From Candidatus Eiseniibacteriota bacterium (GTDB lineage: Bacteria; Eisenbacteria; RBG-16-71-46), in contig JANLWX010000228.1 of the NCBI GenBank assembly GCA_031364845.1, positions 1-44,548 of the forward strand: a stretch of DNA of 44,548 bases, given 5' to 3'. A model generated the notes under the pieces. The model did not search any database. It was not told where the DNA came from and saw only the letters and a list, made by a program, of their open reading frames with translations. A program made the position numbers and the translations under genes. Shown here piece after piece: positions 23,518-32,536 of this stretch (position 1 is the stretch's first letter; the number at the start of each line of letters is the position of its first letter).

Positions 23518-25239
23518 TCATCGCACGATCAACGCACGGCGCGTCATCGCCTCATCTCCCGCTCGAACACGGATGAAGTAGACCCCGCTCGCAACCGGCT
23601 CGTGATTCGGACCGCGGCCGTCCCAGCGCAACGACACCGCACCGGCAGAGTACTCGGTCCCGGCGGCGAGTGTTGCCACGCGCCGGCCGTCGATGCCCCA
23701 CACTTCAGCCGTCACGACTCGCACGGCCGGCAACTCGAAACGAATCTCCATCGGGCCGCGCGTCGGATTGGGCGCAGGCGACCGCAGCATGAAGGAGTCA
23801 TCGGCAACTCTGGTTTCGACCGCGACCACACCCCCGCCCGCGGAGACGTGCTGCGCATAGATATCGCGGTTGTTGCCACCGTCGCCTTCGGTGTTTCGAA
23901 AGTCCGTCCAGGCCACGATCGCTCCGCCGATGCCATCCGCGCACGCGACGGGGTTGATCTTGTCTCCATTGCCGAGACTCACGGGCACACCGGCCGCGTT
24001 CCACCGCTTCACTCCGGAACTGTCCACGCGCTGTGCGTAGAGGTCACGCATGACGAGATTGGGCTTATCGTCCCGCCAGATCACAATCGCGCCACGAGCG
24101 AGATCCGTCACCATGACGCAGTTCCCCTGATAGTCGGCAGCATTCACGATCGGCACGCCGTTCGCCGGCCAGCGCCGGTTGCCGCTTCCGTCCAACCGCT
24201 GTGCGTAGATGTCCTGGTTGCCCGCGCGGAAGTCTGACCAGCCGATGATCGCCCCACCCACTCCATCGCTGATCACACGGATCTCGTTTCCGCCGGCGCC
24301 GGCTGTGCTGACCTGAATTCCCCCCGGAGTCCATCCGCCCGAACCGATCCGCTGGGCGTACACACGCGAGCCTGCGGCAGCGTCGTTCGACCACGCCATG
24401 ATCGCGGAAGACGATCCGATGTAGGCTGCGGCGGGTGCGGTCTGGTTGCCGCTGCCGGACCCGATCGGTGTTCCGCCTGCAGCCCATTGATCCACACCCG
24501 CGGCACTCAGGCGATGCGCGTAGACATCGAAGTCGCTCGCGATGTTCTGCCACGCGATGAACACGCCCTTCGCTTGATTCACGGTACCGGTGCCGTCGGT
24601 GATGATGATCGGATTGAAGTCCGCGTTCGCACCGGTGCGGATCGGAACTCCGTTCGCCGCCCATCGCACGATGCCGTCGCCCGTCACGGCCTGCGCGTAG
24701 ACATCCTGGTTCCCCGAGCGCAGGTCCGTCCACGTGATGACGGCACCGGGACCGGGTGCGATGGAAGTCGTGCGCAAGTCGGAAACGATCGCCGCGCCGG
24801 TCTGGTTGCCGGCGGCGGTGCAGACCGGGAGTCCGCCGCCCCACTGCGTGACGCCGGTGGAGTTGATCTTCTGCGCGTAGATCTCGGTCGAGGCATGCTG
24901 TTCGCTGTAGGCGACGATGGCTCCGCCGAAACCATCGGCCACGGCGACCGGCGAGGATGCAGCGAGGCCGGGATTGCTGACGAGCACGCCACCGGCCGTC
25001 CACTGCGGCACTCCGGCGGAGTTGAGCCGCTGCGCGAATACATAGGCCCCTGTGCGTTCATCGGACCACACGATGATGGCACCCCCGGCCCCATCCGGGA
25101 CGATCGAAGGCTCCGACTGATTTCCGCCGACCGTGCAGACCGGGACACCGTCCTCGATCCACTGGCTTCGTGCTGGAGAGGCGACCGAGAGGAGCGCGAG
25201 CAAGTACAGGGACGCGACGCGTCCGACAGATGCGGCCAT
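23518..25239 (-). CDS. Secreted 8-repeat beta-propeller protein (W-x-D-x-R...DIYAQR repeats) with FlgD-Ig CTD
   Basis: Signal peptide from ATG 25239, eight ~55-60-aa repeats, and CTD PAPNP...WDGRG...ASGVYF; 573 aa. Confidence 0.88.
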   Translation of the reverse strand: MAASVGRVASLYLLALLSVASPARSQWIEDGVPVCTVGGNQSEPSIVPDGAGGAIIVWSDERTGAYVFAQRLNSAGVPQWTAGGVLVSNPGLAASSPVAVADGFGGAIVAYSEQHASTEIYAQKINSTGVTQWGGGLPVCTAAGNQTGAAIVSDLRTTSIAPGPGAVITWTDLRSGNQDVYAQAVTGDGIVRWAANGVPIRTGANADFNPIIITDGTGTVNQAKGVFIAWQNIASDFDVYAHRLSAAGVDQWAAGGTPIGSGSGNQTAPAAAYIGSSSAIMAWSNDAAAGSRVYAQRIGSGGWTPGGIQVSTAGAGGNEIRVISDGVGGAIIGWSDFRAGNQDIYAQRLDGSGNRRWPANGVPIVNAADYQGNCVMVTDLARGAIVIWRDDKPNLVMRDLYAQRVDSSGVKRWNAAGVPVSLGNGDKINPVACADGIGGAIVAWTDFRNTEGDGGNNRDIYAQHVSAGGGVVAVETRVADDSFMLRSPAPNPTRGPMEIRFELPAVRVVTAEVWGIDGRRVATLAAGTEYSAGAVSLRWDGRGPNHEPVASGVYFIRVRAGDEAMTRRALIVR

Positions 25240-25497
25240 GGTTCCGCCCGATGGAAATCGACCTGGTGCATTCACCGAAGCAGAACGATTCTGCGATGGG
25301 TGATCCGTTCGCCCGCGGCACGCACGCGCGCGCGAGGACCGGGGGTGTTCACAAGGGGCCTCCATGGCGGACGGGAGGCATGCGCCTCCCGTGGTCCGAT
25401 GGTTGATCGTGATCCGGCCTCAATGGTACGCCCGGTTCACCCTGAAGGCATCACAAATTCCGGACAGTAGCACCCCAAGTGCAGGGAACGCACCGTC

Positions 25498-28400
25498 TCA
25501 GCGCATGATCACGAACCGCTGGACGATCGACCGGCCCGTGGACTTGAGCCGGACGAAGTAGAGCCCCGGGTCGAGCGGGACGCGGCCCGCATCCGGCCAC
25601 TCCACCGAGTGTCGGCCCGCGGCACGGGCGCCATCCGCCAGCACCATCAGTTCACGTCCCTGGATGTCGTGAACGCTCAGGTGAACATGCGACTCGAGCG
25701 GCAGTGCGTACTGGAAACGCACCGCACCGCGCACCGGATTCGGCCACACCGGAGCCAGCGCAACATCGGTCACCGGTCCGTCGAACACGCCCGTGCTGCC
25801 CGAGATCCTGAACTCGGCATCGGAAACATCCTGCGCCGTAAGCCCCGCGGCATCGCGCGCCGTGGCGCGCACCAGAGCATGCGTCGTGAGGGGCACCGAC
25901 ACGAGCCAGTCGAAGGTGCCCGTGTTGGCGAGCCCCGAGGCGATGGACTCGAACGGACCGCCCGCTCCGGTGCGCGACAACTCGAGATCGACCGTCGTCA
26001 CTGCGGCGTTGTCCGCGGCCGTCCAGGTGATGTTCGTATTGCTTCCCGCATTCAACGTCTCGCCGCCGTTGGGCGCCGTCACCGCGATGGACGGCGGCTG
26101 CACATCGACGAACGTCACGGCGATCGTGTGGTTGGTGGTCACACTCGAGAACGTGTAACCGGCCGGAGCACCGACGCTGCCGCCATCGACCAGCACGTCG
26201 AGCACCTGGAAGCCGGGATCGGGAAGCATGGAGAAGGCCTGGCTGCCATTCGAGACCACGGACACGACCCCACTCGGTGAGATCGAGCCGCCCGCACCCG
26301 CACTCGCCGTGATCGAATACGACGGCAGATTGCCGATCGCGAACTCGGTGCCCGCAGTCGAAGTGGTCAGTCCCGAAACCTGCGTGCTGGTCGAGGTGCG
26401 CGCATTGATCGCAAGCGAGGACCACGCGGAGCCATTCCAGACCTGAGCCTGGAACGCGTTCGGATCCGCGGTCCCGTCGAGATCCGCGGCGGCATAGTTG
26501 AACGTGGCAAGCCATGTCGCACCGCTGGCGCTGGCGGGCGCGAGAATGTAGCGGCGGTTCACCGAACGCGCGGGATCGAGCATCGACGTGGCGAGATTCG
26601 GATGATCACCGGCCGTCGTCGCGGCCGTGAGGTTGAAGCCCGCCGGCGCGCCGGTTCCACTCACATCGATCGGGGCGTAGGTGCTCGCGTCTCCCACCGG
26701 AAGCGTTCCCGAGAAGGCGCCCGCCGGGTAGGTTTTCTTGAGATTGCCGTTCACCCAGCCGCTGCCCTGTCCCGCGCCCGTGACAGTCGAAGCCGCCGAC
26801 AAGCTCACCTTGCGCGCGCCGGTGGTGAGGCGCCCGCTCGTGAAGGCGAGGCCGCCGCCGAGCGCGATGTCGGTGACGAGCGAGACGTCCGCGGCGTTGG
26901 CGATGCCGACCGTGGCGCTGGCGTTCGTGGTCATTGCGCCCTGCACATCGATGGACTGTGGCGAAGTTCCGGACATCGTATAGGCCCCGGCCGAGGCGGG
27001 CGTGAGGTTGAGAATGCCCGCCGCCTTCACGTGAACATCGCCGCGGATCTGCACTCCCCCGGTCACGTTCAGGTTCAACGTCCCCCGCGTGACGATGAGG
27101 CTGTCGAGCGTGAGCGGGTTGCCGCCCGTGGGCGACTGGGCACCAAGCACGTTGTACTCGAAATCGGCGTACGTGCGCCCCGACATCGACGGCGTGATCG
27201 AGCCGTCCAACCGGTAGCGGCTCCCGGCGAGGAATGTCACCACCGAAGACGGCGCCCCGGCTCCAAAGGGATTCGCGCCGGCGATGTGCTGGTAGAGCGA
27301 GCCCGAGCGGAACTCGACCGAGTTGAGCGCGCTGGTTCCGCTGCCGGTGCCGAACGGGTTGCCGCTGAATCCGGTGCCGGCCACGAACGTTGAACCGGTG
27401 CCGTAGGCGAGCGACCCGGCACCCAGAGCGACCATGCGGTGCGCGGCGCCTGCGAGACTGGTGGTGCCCGAAATGTCGCCGGTCGCACTGCCCGCGAGTG
27501 CGAGCGTCACGGCACTCGCCCCCGTCAATTGAAGCGTCGATCCCGCCCCCACGCTGAGATCCGCGCCCGATCCTCCGGCGATCGTTACCGTCACCGCTGC
27601 GGACGACTGAAGCGTCACGTTCGTATTGTTGCTCACGAGCACCTGGCTGATCGTCTGGGTCGGCACGTTGGTGGCGATGGTCGTGGCGCCGTTGTTGAAC
27701 AGCAGCACATCGTCGGTCGCGGGCGTGGTCCGCGAAGGCGTCCAGTTCGCGGCCGTGGTCCACGACGCCGTGCCGGTCGAGTTCCACGTGTAGATGTGCT
27801 GGCCGAAGTTCGCGACGACATTTTTGTTCGCGTCCATCGTCACCGTCAGAGGATTGGTCGTGCCCGAGGCGTCACCGCTCCACGATTGGAAGTGCCAACC
27901 CACCGCCGCAGTGGCCGTGATCTGCACGTTGGTGCCGGGGTTGTATTGGGCCTGGTTCGGAACCGCCGCGACCGAACCGCTTCCGGTCGTCCCCAGCGTC
28001 AGCACGTAGGCGTCCAGTTCGAACGAAGCCGCGATGGTCTGATCCGAATGGATCGGGGCGAACGCGTAGTTCGTGACGGCGCCAACCGATGCGCCGTTCA
28101 CGAGCACGTCCTGCACGCGGTAGCCGGCATTTGGAGTGATGGTGAACGAGGGTGTGGCCCCATCGGGGACCACAATCGCGCCCGAGGGGGCGATCGCGCC
28201 GTTGGCCGCGGCACTCGCCGTGACGGTCCACCCGGTGATGGCGAAGTTCGTGTGGCTCGAATCCGAACCGACGTGCCCCGAGTTGTCGTAGGCGAGCACG
28301 CGCACGCGGGCGGTCGTGGTCAGATTCGAAGGCACCGTCCAATTGAAGGAACCGGAGTTCGCAATACCGGCCGCGACGGGATTCGGGAACGACGCGCCGC

Positions 28401-30771
28401 CGTCGGACGACCACGCGATGTCCACGGCGCTCACCGAGACATCGTCGGTGGCGGTCCACGTGATCGGATGGACCGTCGTGATTCCCCAGTTCTCGCCTCC
28501 GGCTGGTGACGTCACGGCGACGACCGGTGCCAGCGTGTCCGGGGTGCCGGAGATGCTGAGCGTCTGCGCGTTCGAAGTGCCGCCTCCGGGTGCCGGCGTG
28601 AACACGGTGATCAGCCGGTTTCCGCCACTCCCCTGGTCGACGCCGGTGATCGTCGCGAGCAGCTGGTTTGGGGACACGAACGTGGTCACGCGATCCGAGC
28701 CGTCGAATCGCACCACCGAGCACGCGCCGAAATTGGCACCGTTCACCGTGAGCGAGAACTGGGGATCGCCCACCGAGCGGGATGCAGGAGCGATCGACGT
28801 GGTCGAGGCGAGCGGCTTGATGCTCGCCACTGCGAAGTCGTTGGCGCTCGACTGCTGTGCGTTGGTCAGCACGATCTGCACGTCGCTCGCGCTCACGCGC
28901 GTTTGCGTGGTGCCGCCGGAGCCGGCGATCGCATCGACGTTGGTGCCCCCGGCCGGTGCCGTCACGACAACGTCGTAGGTGCCGCTCTCGAGGTATCCGA
29001 AGCTGTATTGACCCAGCGCGTTCGTCGTCGCGGTCGCCACCGTGGCCGCGCCCTGCTTGAGCGCCACAGTCACGCCGGCGATCGCGCTGCGATCGGCTGC
29101 GGTGCCGGCGCTGCCATCGCAGTCGTCGGTCACGGTGCCGAACACCTGTCCATAGGTGAACGTGAGCTTGTTCACCCAGGTGCCGAACGCGTTCGTGGCC
29201 TTGGTCCACTGGCCCACGTACCACGCCGAGGTCGAGCCGGGCGTGAACAGCGATCCGTCCTGATCGATGCCCGTATAGTCACCCCAACGGGATTGCGCGG
29301 TGGCGGTGAGACCGGCCTTGAGCAGCGCGCTCGGCTGAATCGCGGCATCGCCGCGCCGCTTGCCGCTGGCGTACGCCGAAGGACGCTCGGTGGTGCTCGA
29401 GCGGCCGAACCCCAGGAAGATGGTGCCGACCGAGTCCACGATCACGGCCGGGTAGTAGTAGAACGTGCTGGCCTGGCCGAACGTCTCATCGGTCAGCACC
29501 GCGCGGTCACTCAAGCGCATGCGCAAGAGCCGGATCGCCGAAACGTTCGTGGCGCCGATGGTGGCCGCCGTGTGCCACGCGGCGATGAGCACGCCGCCCC
29601 GGGTGTAGAAGTCGGTCGGCCGGCAATCGTTGGTGGCGACGAGCGCTGCAGAGCCGAGCTGCGGCGCATCCGGTGGCGCGCTGTAGGCGCTGACCGTGAC
29701 GAGATTGACTGTCGCCAGAGTAGGAGTGGCGGGCGGGCCGGTGAGCGTGCGGTACGTCACACGTGATCCGCTGCCCGTTCGGACGCACAACAAGTGGATC
29801 GTGTTGTCGCCCGACGTCAGGTTGCGCGCCGGCTTCGTGACGAAGTTGTCGTTGGTGTCGCCACCCGGAGGCGCCGAGAAATTGGCGATGTCGACATAGG
29901 TCAGGACGGCACCGCTGTAGGCGGCGGCGCGGTCGAGAATGCGCAGCTTCTGGTATCGATACGAGTCGCCGGCGAACGTGAACTGCTGGCTGCTGAACAC
30001 GATCTTGTCGTCGGAGATACCAAGGCCCTGATAGTCCGCCCAGTTCGTGGTCTGGACCGCGCCGTCCTTGGACATGTCGAACTTGTACAGCCACCACGCG
30101 CCACGCGCATCGTTGGTCTTGGAAATGGCGAGGTAGAAGTTGGAGAAGTTACTGGGCGATGTGCCCTGCGTGAAGCACAGCGCGACGAACCGGCCGCGCA
30201 GGGCGTCGTAGTAGCACTGGGCATCGGAGATCGCGCCCTCGGCGGCGGGCACGCCGAAGAACGTCGCGCCATCGGTCTCGACACGGTTCGTTCCGTCCTT
30301 GTTGGTGACGGTGACGCTGACATTGCCCGCCGAGAAGATGTTGAGCGGGCCACCTCCCACGGTCGGCTCACTTGGAATGAAGCCGCCCTGCGTGATGCCC
30401 TCGAAGCCGACACCCAGCGTCGGTGCGAGCGGCGACAGGGAACCCTTTCCGCTCGAGGGCGTCGTATCGAGCGTGAACCGTGCGAACGATGTGGCCGGAA
30501 GGAACGGCGGATTCGCCTTGAGGCGATCGACTTCCTCCTGCGCCTCTTCCCACTCGTGCTCGCGCCGCAGCGTGATCGGAAGGCTCTCGGAACCCGGGGC
30601 GCGCGGCGGCAGGCGGTTGAAGTCGAATGAGCGCGGAGTGACACCCTCCGCCGCGATCTGGCGTACTCCCATGGGGCCCGCGGGCGTCACCGGCGGATCG
30701 AAGGCGGCGCGGGCCGGCGATGAGACGAGCAACATGAGCGCAAGTACGGCGAGCGGGGCGGGCCGGATCAT
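25498..30771 (-). CDS. Very large secreted modular protein: RWGDY-type propeller-like domain, prealbumin/SdrD-like, IPT/TIG, SPxGGE Ig domains, InlB-B-like repeats, beta-rich region, FlgD-Ig-like CTD
   Basis: Signal peptide MIRPAPLAVLALMLLVSSPARA from ATG 30771. Motifs YYDALRGRF, DYQGLG, SRWGDY; LTVNGANF..PAPGGGTSN; VTSPAGGENW and VTAPNGGETL; GAIAPSG/GSISPSG repeats; CTD VWPNP..GLYFVRL; 1757 aa. Confidence 0.9.
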   Translation of the reverse strand: MIRPAPLAVLALMLLVSSPARAAFDPPVTPAGPMGVRQIAAEGVTPRSFDFNRLPPRAPGSESLPITLRREHEWEEAQEEVDRLKANPPFLPATSFARFTLDTTPSSGKGSLSPLAPTLGVGFEGITQGGFIPSEPTVGGGPLNIFSAGNVSVTVTNKDGTNRVETDGATFFGVPAAEGAISDAQCYYDALRGRFVALCFTQGTSPSNFSNFYLAISKTNDARGAWWLYKFDMSKDGAVQTTNWADYQGLGISDDKIVFSSQQFTFAGDSYRYQKLRILDRAAAYSGAVLTYVDIANFSAPPGGDTNDNFVTKPARNLTSGDNTIHLLCVRTGSGSRVTYRTLTGPPATPTLATVNLVTVSAYSAPPDAPQLGSAALVATNDCRPTDFYTRGGVLIAAWHTAATIGATNVSAIRLLRMRLSDRAVLTDETFGQASTFYYYPAVIVDSVGTIFLGFGRSSTTERPSAYASGKRRGDAAIQPSALLKAGLTATAQSRWGDYTGIDQDGSLFTPGSTSAWYVGQWTKATNAFGTWVNKLTFTYGQVFGTVTDDCDGSAGTAADRSAIAGVTVALKQGAATVATATTNALGQYSFGYLESGTYDVVVTAPAGGTNVDAIAGSGGTTQTRVSASDVQIVLTNAQQSSANDFAVASIKPLASTTSIAPASRSVGDPQFSLTVNGANFGACSVVRFDGSDRVTTFVSPNQLLATITGVDQGSGGNRLITVFTPAPGGGTSNAQTLSISGTPDTLAPVVAVTSPAGGENWGITTVHPITWTATDDVSVSAVDIAWSSDGGASFPNPVAAGIANSGSFNWTVPSNLTTTARVRVLAYDNSGHVGSDSSHTNFAITGWTVTASAAANGAIAPSGAIVVPDGATPSFTITPNAGYRVQDVLVNGASVGAVTNYAFAPIHSDQTIAASFELDAYVLTLGTTGSGSVAAVPNQAQYNPGTNVQITATAAVGWHFQSWSGDASGTTNPLTVTMDANKNVVANFGQHIYTWNSTGTASWTTAANWTPSRTTPATDDVLLFNNGATTIATNVPTQTISQVLVSNNTNVTLQSSAAVTVTIAGGSGADLSVGAGSTLQLTGASAVTLALAGSATGDISGTTSLAGAAHRMVALGAGSLAYGTGSTFVAGTGFSGNPFGTGSGTSALNSVEFRSGSLYQHIAGANPFGAGAPSSVVTFLAGSRYRLDGSITPSMSGRTYADFEYNVLGAQSPTGGNPLTLDSLIVTRGTLNLNVTGGVQIRGDVHVKAAGILNLTPASAGAYTMSGTSPQSIDVQGAMTTNASATVGIANAADVSLVTDIALGGGLAFTSGRLTTGARKVSLSAASTVTGAGQGSGWVNGNLKKTYPAGAFSGTLPVGDASTYAPIDVSGTGAPAGFNLTAATTAGDHPNLATSMLDPARSVNRRYILAPASASGATWLATFNYAAADLDGTADPNAFQAQVWNGSAWSSLAINARTSTSTQVSGLTTSTAGTEFAIGNLPSYSITASAGAGGSISPSGVVSVVSNGSQAFSMLPDPGFQVLDVLVDGGSVGAPAGYTFSSVTTNHTIAVTFVDVQPPSIAVTAPNGGETLNAGSNTNITWTAADNAAVTTVDLELSRTGAGGPFESIASGLANTGTFDWLVSVPLTTHALVRATARDAAGLTAQDVSDAEFRISGSTGVFDGPVTDVALAPVWPNPVRGAVRFQYALPLESHVHLSVHDIQGRELMVLADGARAAGRHSVEWPDAGRVPLDPGLYFVRLKSTGRSIVQRFVIMR

Positions 30772-30989
30772 GGGGAGGCTTCCTGAGGGTGGGAGGCGGT
30801 TCTGTGGACAAGGGCACCCTCGCGGGGTCCGCAATTCTAGCCTTCCCGCCTCGACGCCCCAACGCTTTTCTCGCCTCGATAGGGCCCGTGCATTTCGTTC
30901 GCGAAGGAACTCCAGACGTGCGCGAAGATCGGGACAGCACCTGGATGTGAAGGATCCCGGGGACCCGACGAGGCCGTGATTCGAAGCGC

Positions 30990-31019
30990 TTGACAGCCAT
31001 GGCGGTGCGGGCGCATCGT
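30990..31019 (+). promoter_or_regulatory. Putative sigma70 promoter TTGACA-N18-CATCGT for the sugar operon
   Basis: Consensus -35 TTGACA at 30990-30995 and a weaker -10 at 31014-31019, directly followed by the operator. Confidence 0.55.
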
Positions 31020-31039
31020 TTGTTCGGCTGCCAAACAAA
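31019..31039. promoter_or_regulatory. ROK/XylR-type operator TTTGTTCGGCTGCCAAACAAA
   Basis: 21-bp dyad with 9 of 10 pairs complementary. Its TTTGTT...AACAAA arms match XylR-type ROK operators; it overlaps the predicted +1 and a ROK repressor gene is in the operon. Confidence 0.7.
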
Positions 31040-31113
31040 GCGGCCACCGAGCGATGCCCGCTCCGTTCGAACCTGCTCGCGCGTCAATTCCATCGAATGG
31101 TCGGAGAACCGGA

Positions 31114-32493
31114 ATGACCTTGAGAATTCCTGTCCGAATCGTGATTGTGATGGCTGCGTGCCTGGCGGCGTTTTCAGGTTGTTCGCGGCGCTCGCCCACC
31201 GAGGCGTGGCCGCCGATCGTCGACCCGGTCGTATTCACCGACGGGTTCGGAACGAATGTGGGCTTCCAGGCGTTCGGCGGTTCGAAACTCGACGCGCTGT
31301 CGATCGACGAGACCACGAAGTACGCGGGCACCGCTTCGCTGAAGTTCACCGTCCCCGCACCGGGCGACCCTTCGGGCGGCTACTCCGGCGGCGCTTTCGT
31401 GACGAGCCAGGCGCGAAGCCTTGCCCCGTACAACGCGCTGAGTTTCTGGGTGAAGGCCAGCAGGACGGCATCGCTCGAAGTGGCGGGTTTCGGCAACGAC
31501 AACACCGGAACATCGAGATACGAGGCGAAGCGGTCCGCGATCGCGATGACGACCGCATGGTCGCAGGTCCTGATCCCGATCCCGCTCGCGGCCAAACTCG
31601 AAGCGGAACGAGGGATGTTCTTTCTCGCTGAAGGACCGCAGGGCGGCGCCGGACTGACGATCTGGATCGACGAGGTGCGGTTCGTCAATGTCCCCACGGT
31701 CACGAATCCACGCCCGGTCCTGAACACCCAGACGCTCAACACCCTCGTGGGCGCCACGATCAATCTGGGGGGCACGACGAGGACCATCTTCAACATCGGC
31801 GGCGCCGACTTTGCGGTGACGCACCAGCCCGAATATTTTTCGTTCATCTCGTCCAATCCCGCCGTCGCCGCGATCTCCGGCACCACGGTTCGCGTGCTCG
31901 GGACCGGGACCGCAGCCATCACCGCGAAACTCGAGGCCACCGACGCCACGGGAACCATCACGTTGAACGTCACAGCACCCCCGGCCACCGCCGCTCCCGC
32001 GCCGACGGCTCCGGCGATCGACGTCATTTCGCTCTACAGCAATGCCTATACGAATGTGCCGGTGGACACGTGGTCCGCAACCTGGGATGTCGCTGAGGTC
32101 TCGGATCTCACGATCGCGGGCAATCCCACAAAGGTCTACACCAACCTGTCGTTCGCCGGCATCGAGTTCACGAACCATCTGATCAACGCGACCGCGATGG
32201 ACTTCTTCCACATGGACGTCTGGGTGCCGAGTGGCTCGACGTTCAAGGTCAAACTTGTGGACTTCGGCGCCGACGGCATCTTCGGCGGCTGCGCCAACTG
32301 CGGCGATGACCGCGAGCAGGAACTGACGTTCAACGCCGGATCAACGCCGGCGCTGGTCACGGGAGCGTGGGTCGGCCTCGACATCCCATTCACGAGTTTC
32401 ACCAATCTCACCAACCGGGCGCACCTCGCGCAGATCATCATCTCGGGCGATACCCGCACGGTGTTTGTGGACAACGTCTACTTCCACAAATAG
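31114..32493 (+). CDS. Lipoprotein with two galactose-binding-like carbohydrate-binding domains flanking a Big_2 Ig domain (beta-glucan-locus associated)
   Basis: GGAG SD, ATG 31114 and lipobox FSG-C. RSLAPYNALSFWVKAS..IWIDEVRF domain, SSNPAVA..GTAAITA Big_2, and DVISLYSNAY..FHMDVW..VFVDNVYFHK domain; 459 aa. Confidence 0.8.
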   Translation: MTLRIPVRIVIVMAACLAAFSGCSRRSPTEAWPPIVDPVVFTDGFGTNVGFQAFGGSKLDALSIDETTKYAGTASLKFTVPAPGDPSGGYSGGAFVTSQARSLAPYNALSFWVKASRTASLEVAGFGNDNTGTSRYEAKRSAIAMTTAWSQVLIPIPLAAKLEAERGMFFLAEGPQGGAGLTIWIDEVRFVNVPTVTNPRPVLNTQTLNTLVGATINLGGTTRTIFNIGGADFAVTHQPEYFSFISSNPAVAAISGTTVRVLGTGTAAITAKLEATDATGTITLNVTAPPATAAPAPTAPAIDVISLYSNAYTNVPVDTWSATWDVAEVSDLTIAGNPTKVYTNLSFAGIEFTNHLINATAMDFFHMDVWVPSGSTFKVKLVDFGADGIFGGCANCGDDREQELTFNAGSTPALVTGAWVGLDIPFTSFTNLTNRAHLAQIIISGDTRTVFVDNVYFHK

Positions 32494-32536
32494 GGTGGGC
32501 GGGTCGCCAATCGATCGACTCGTGAGGGTGAACCAC

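Noticed and set aside
21200..25100. Recurrent DNA similarities as a CRISPR or tandem repeat array
   Set aside because: They are degenerate codon-level echoes of protein propeller repeats; there are no identical repeats with spacers and no cas genes.
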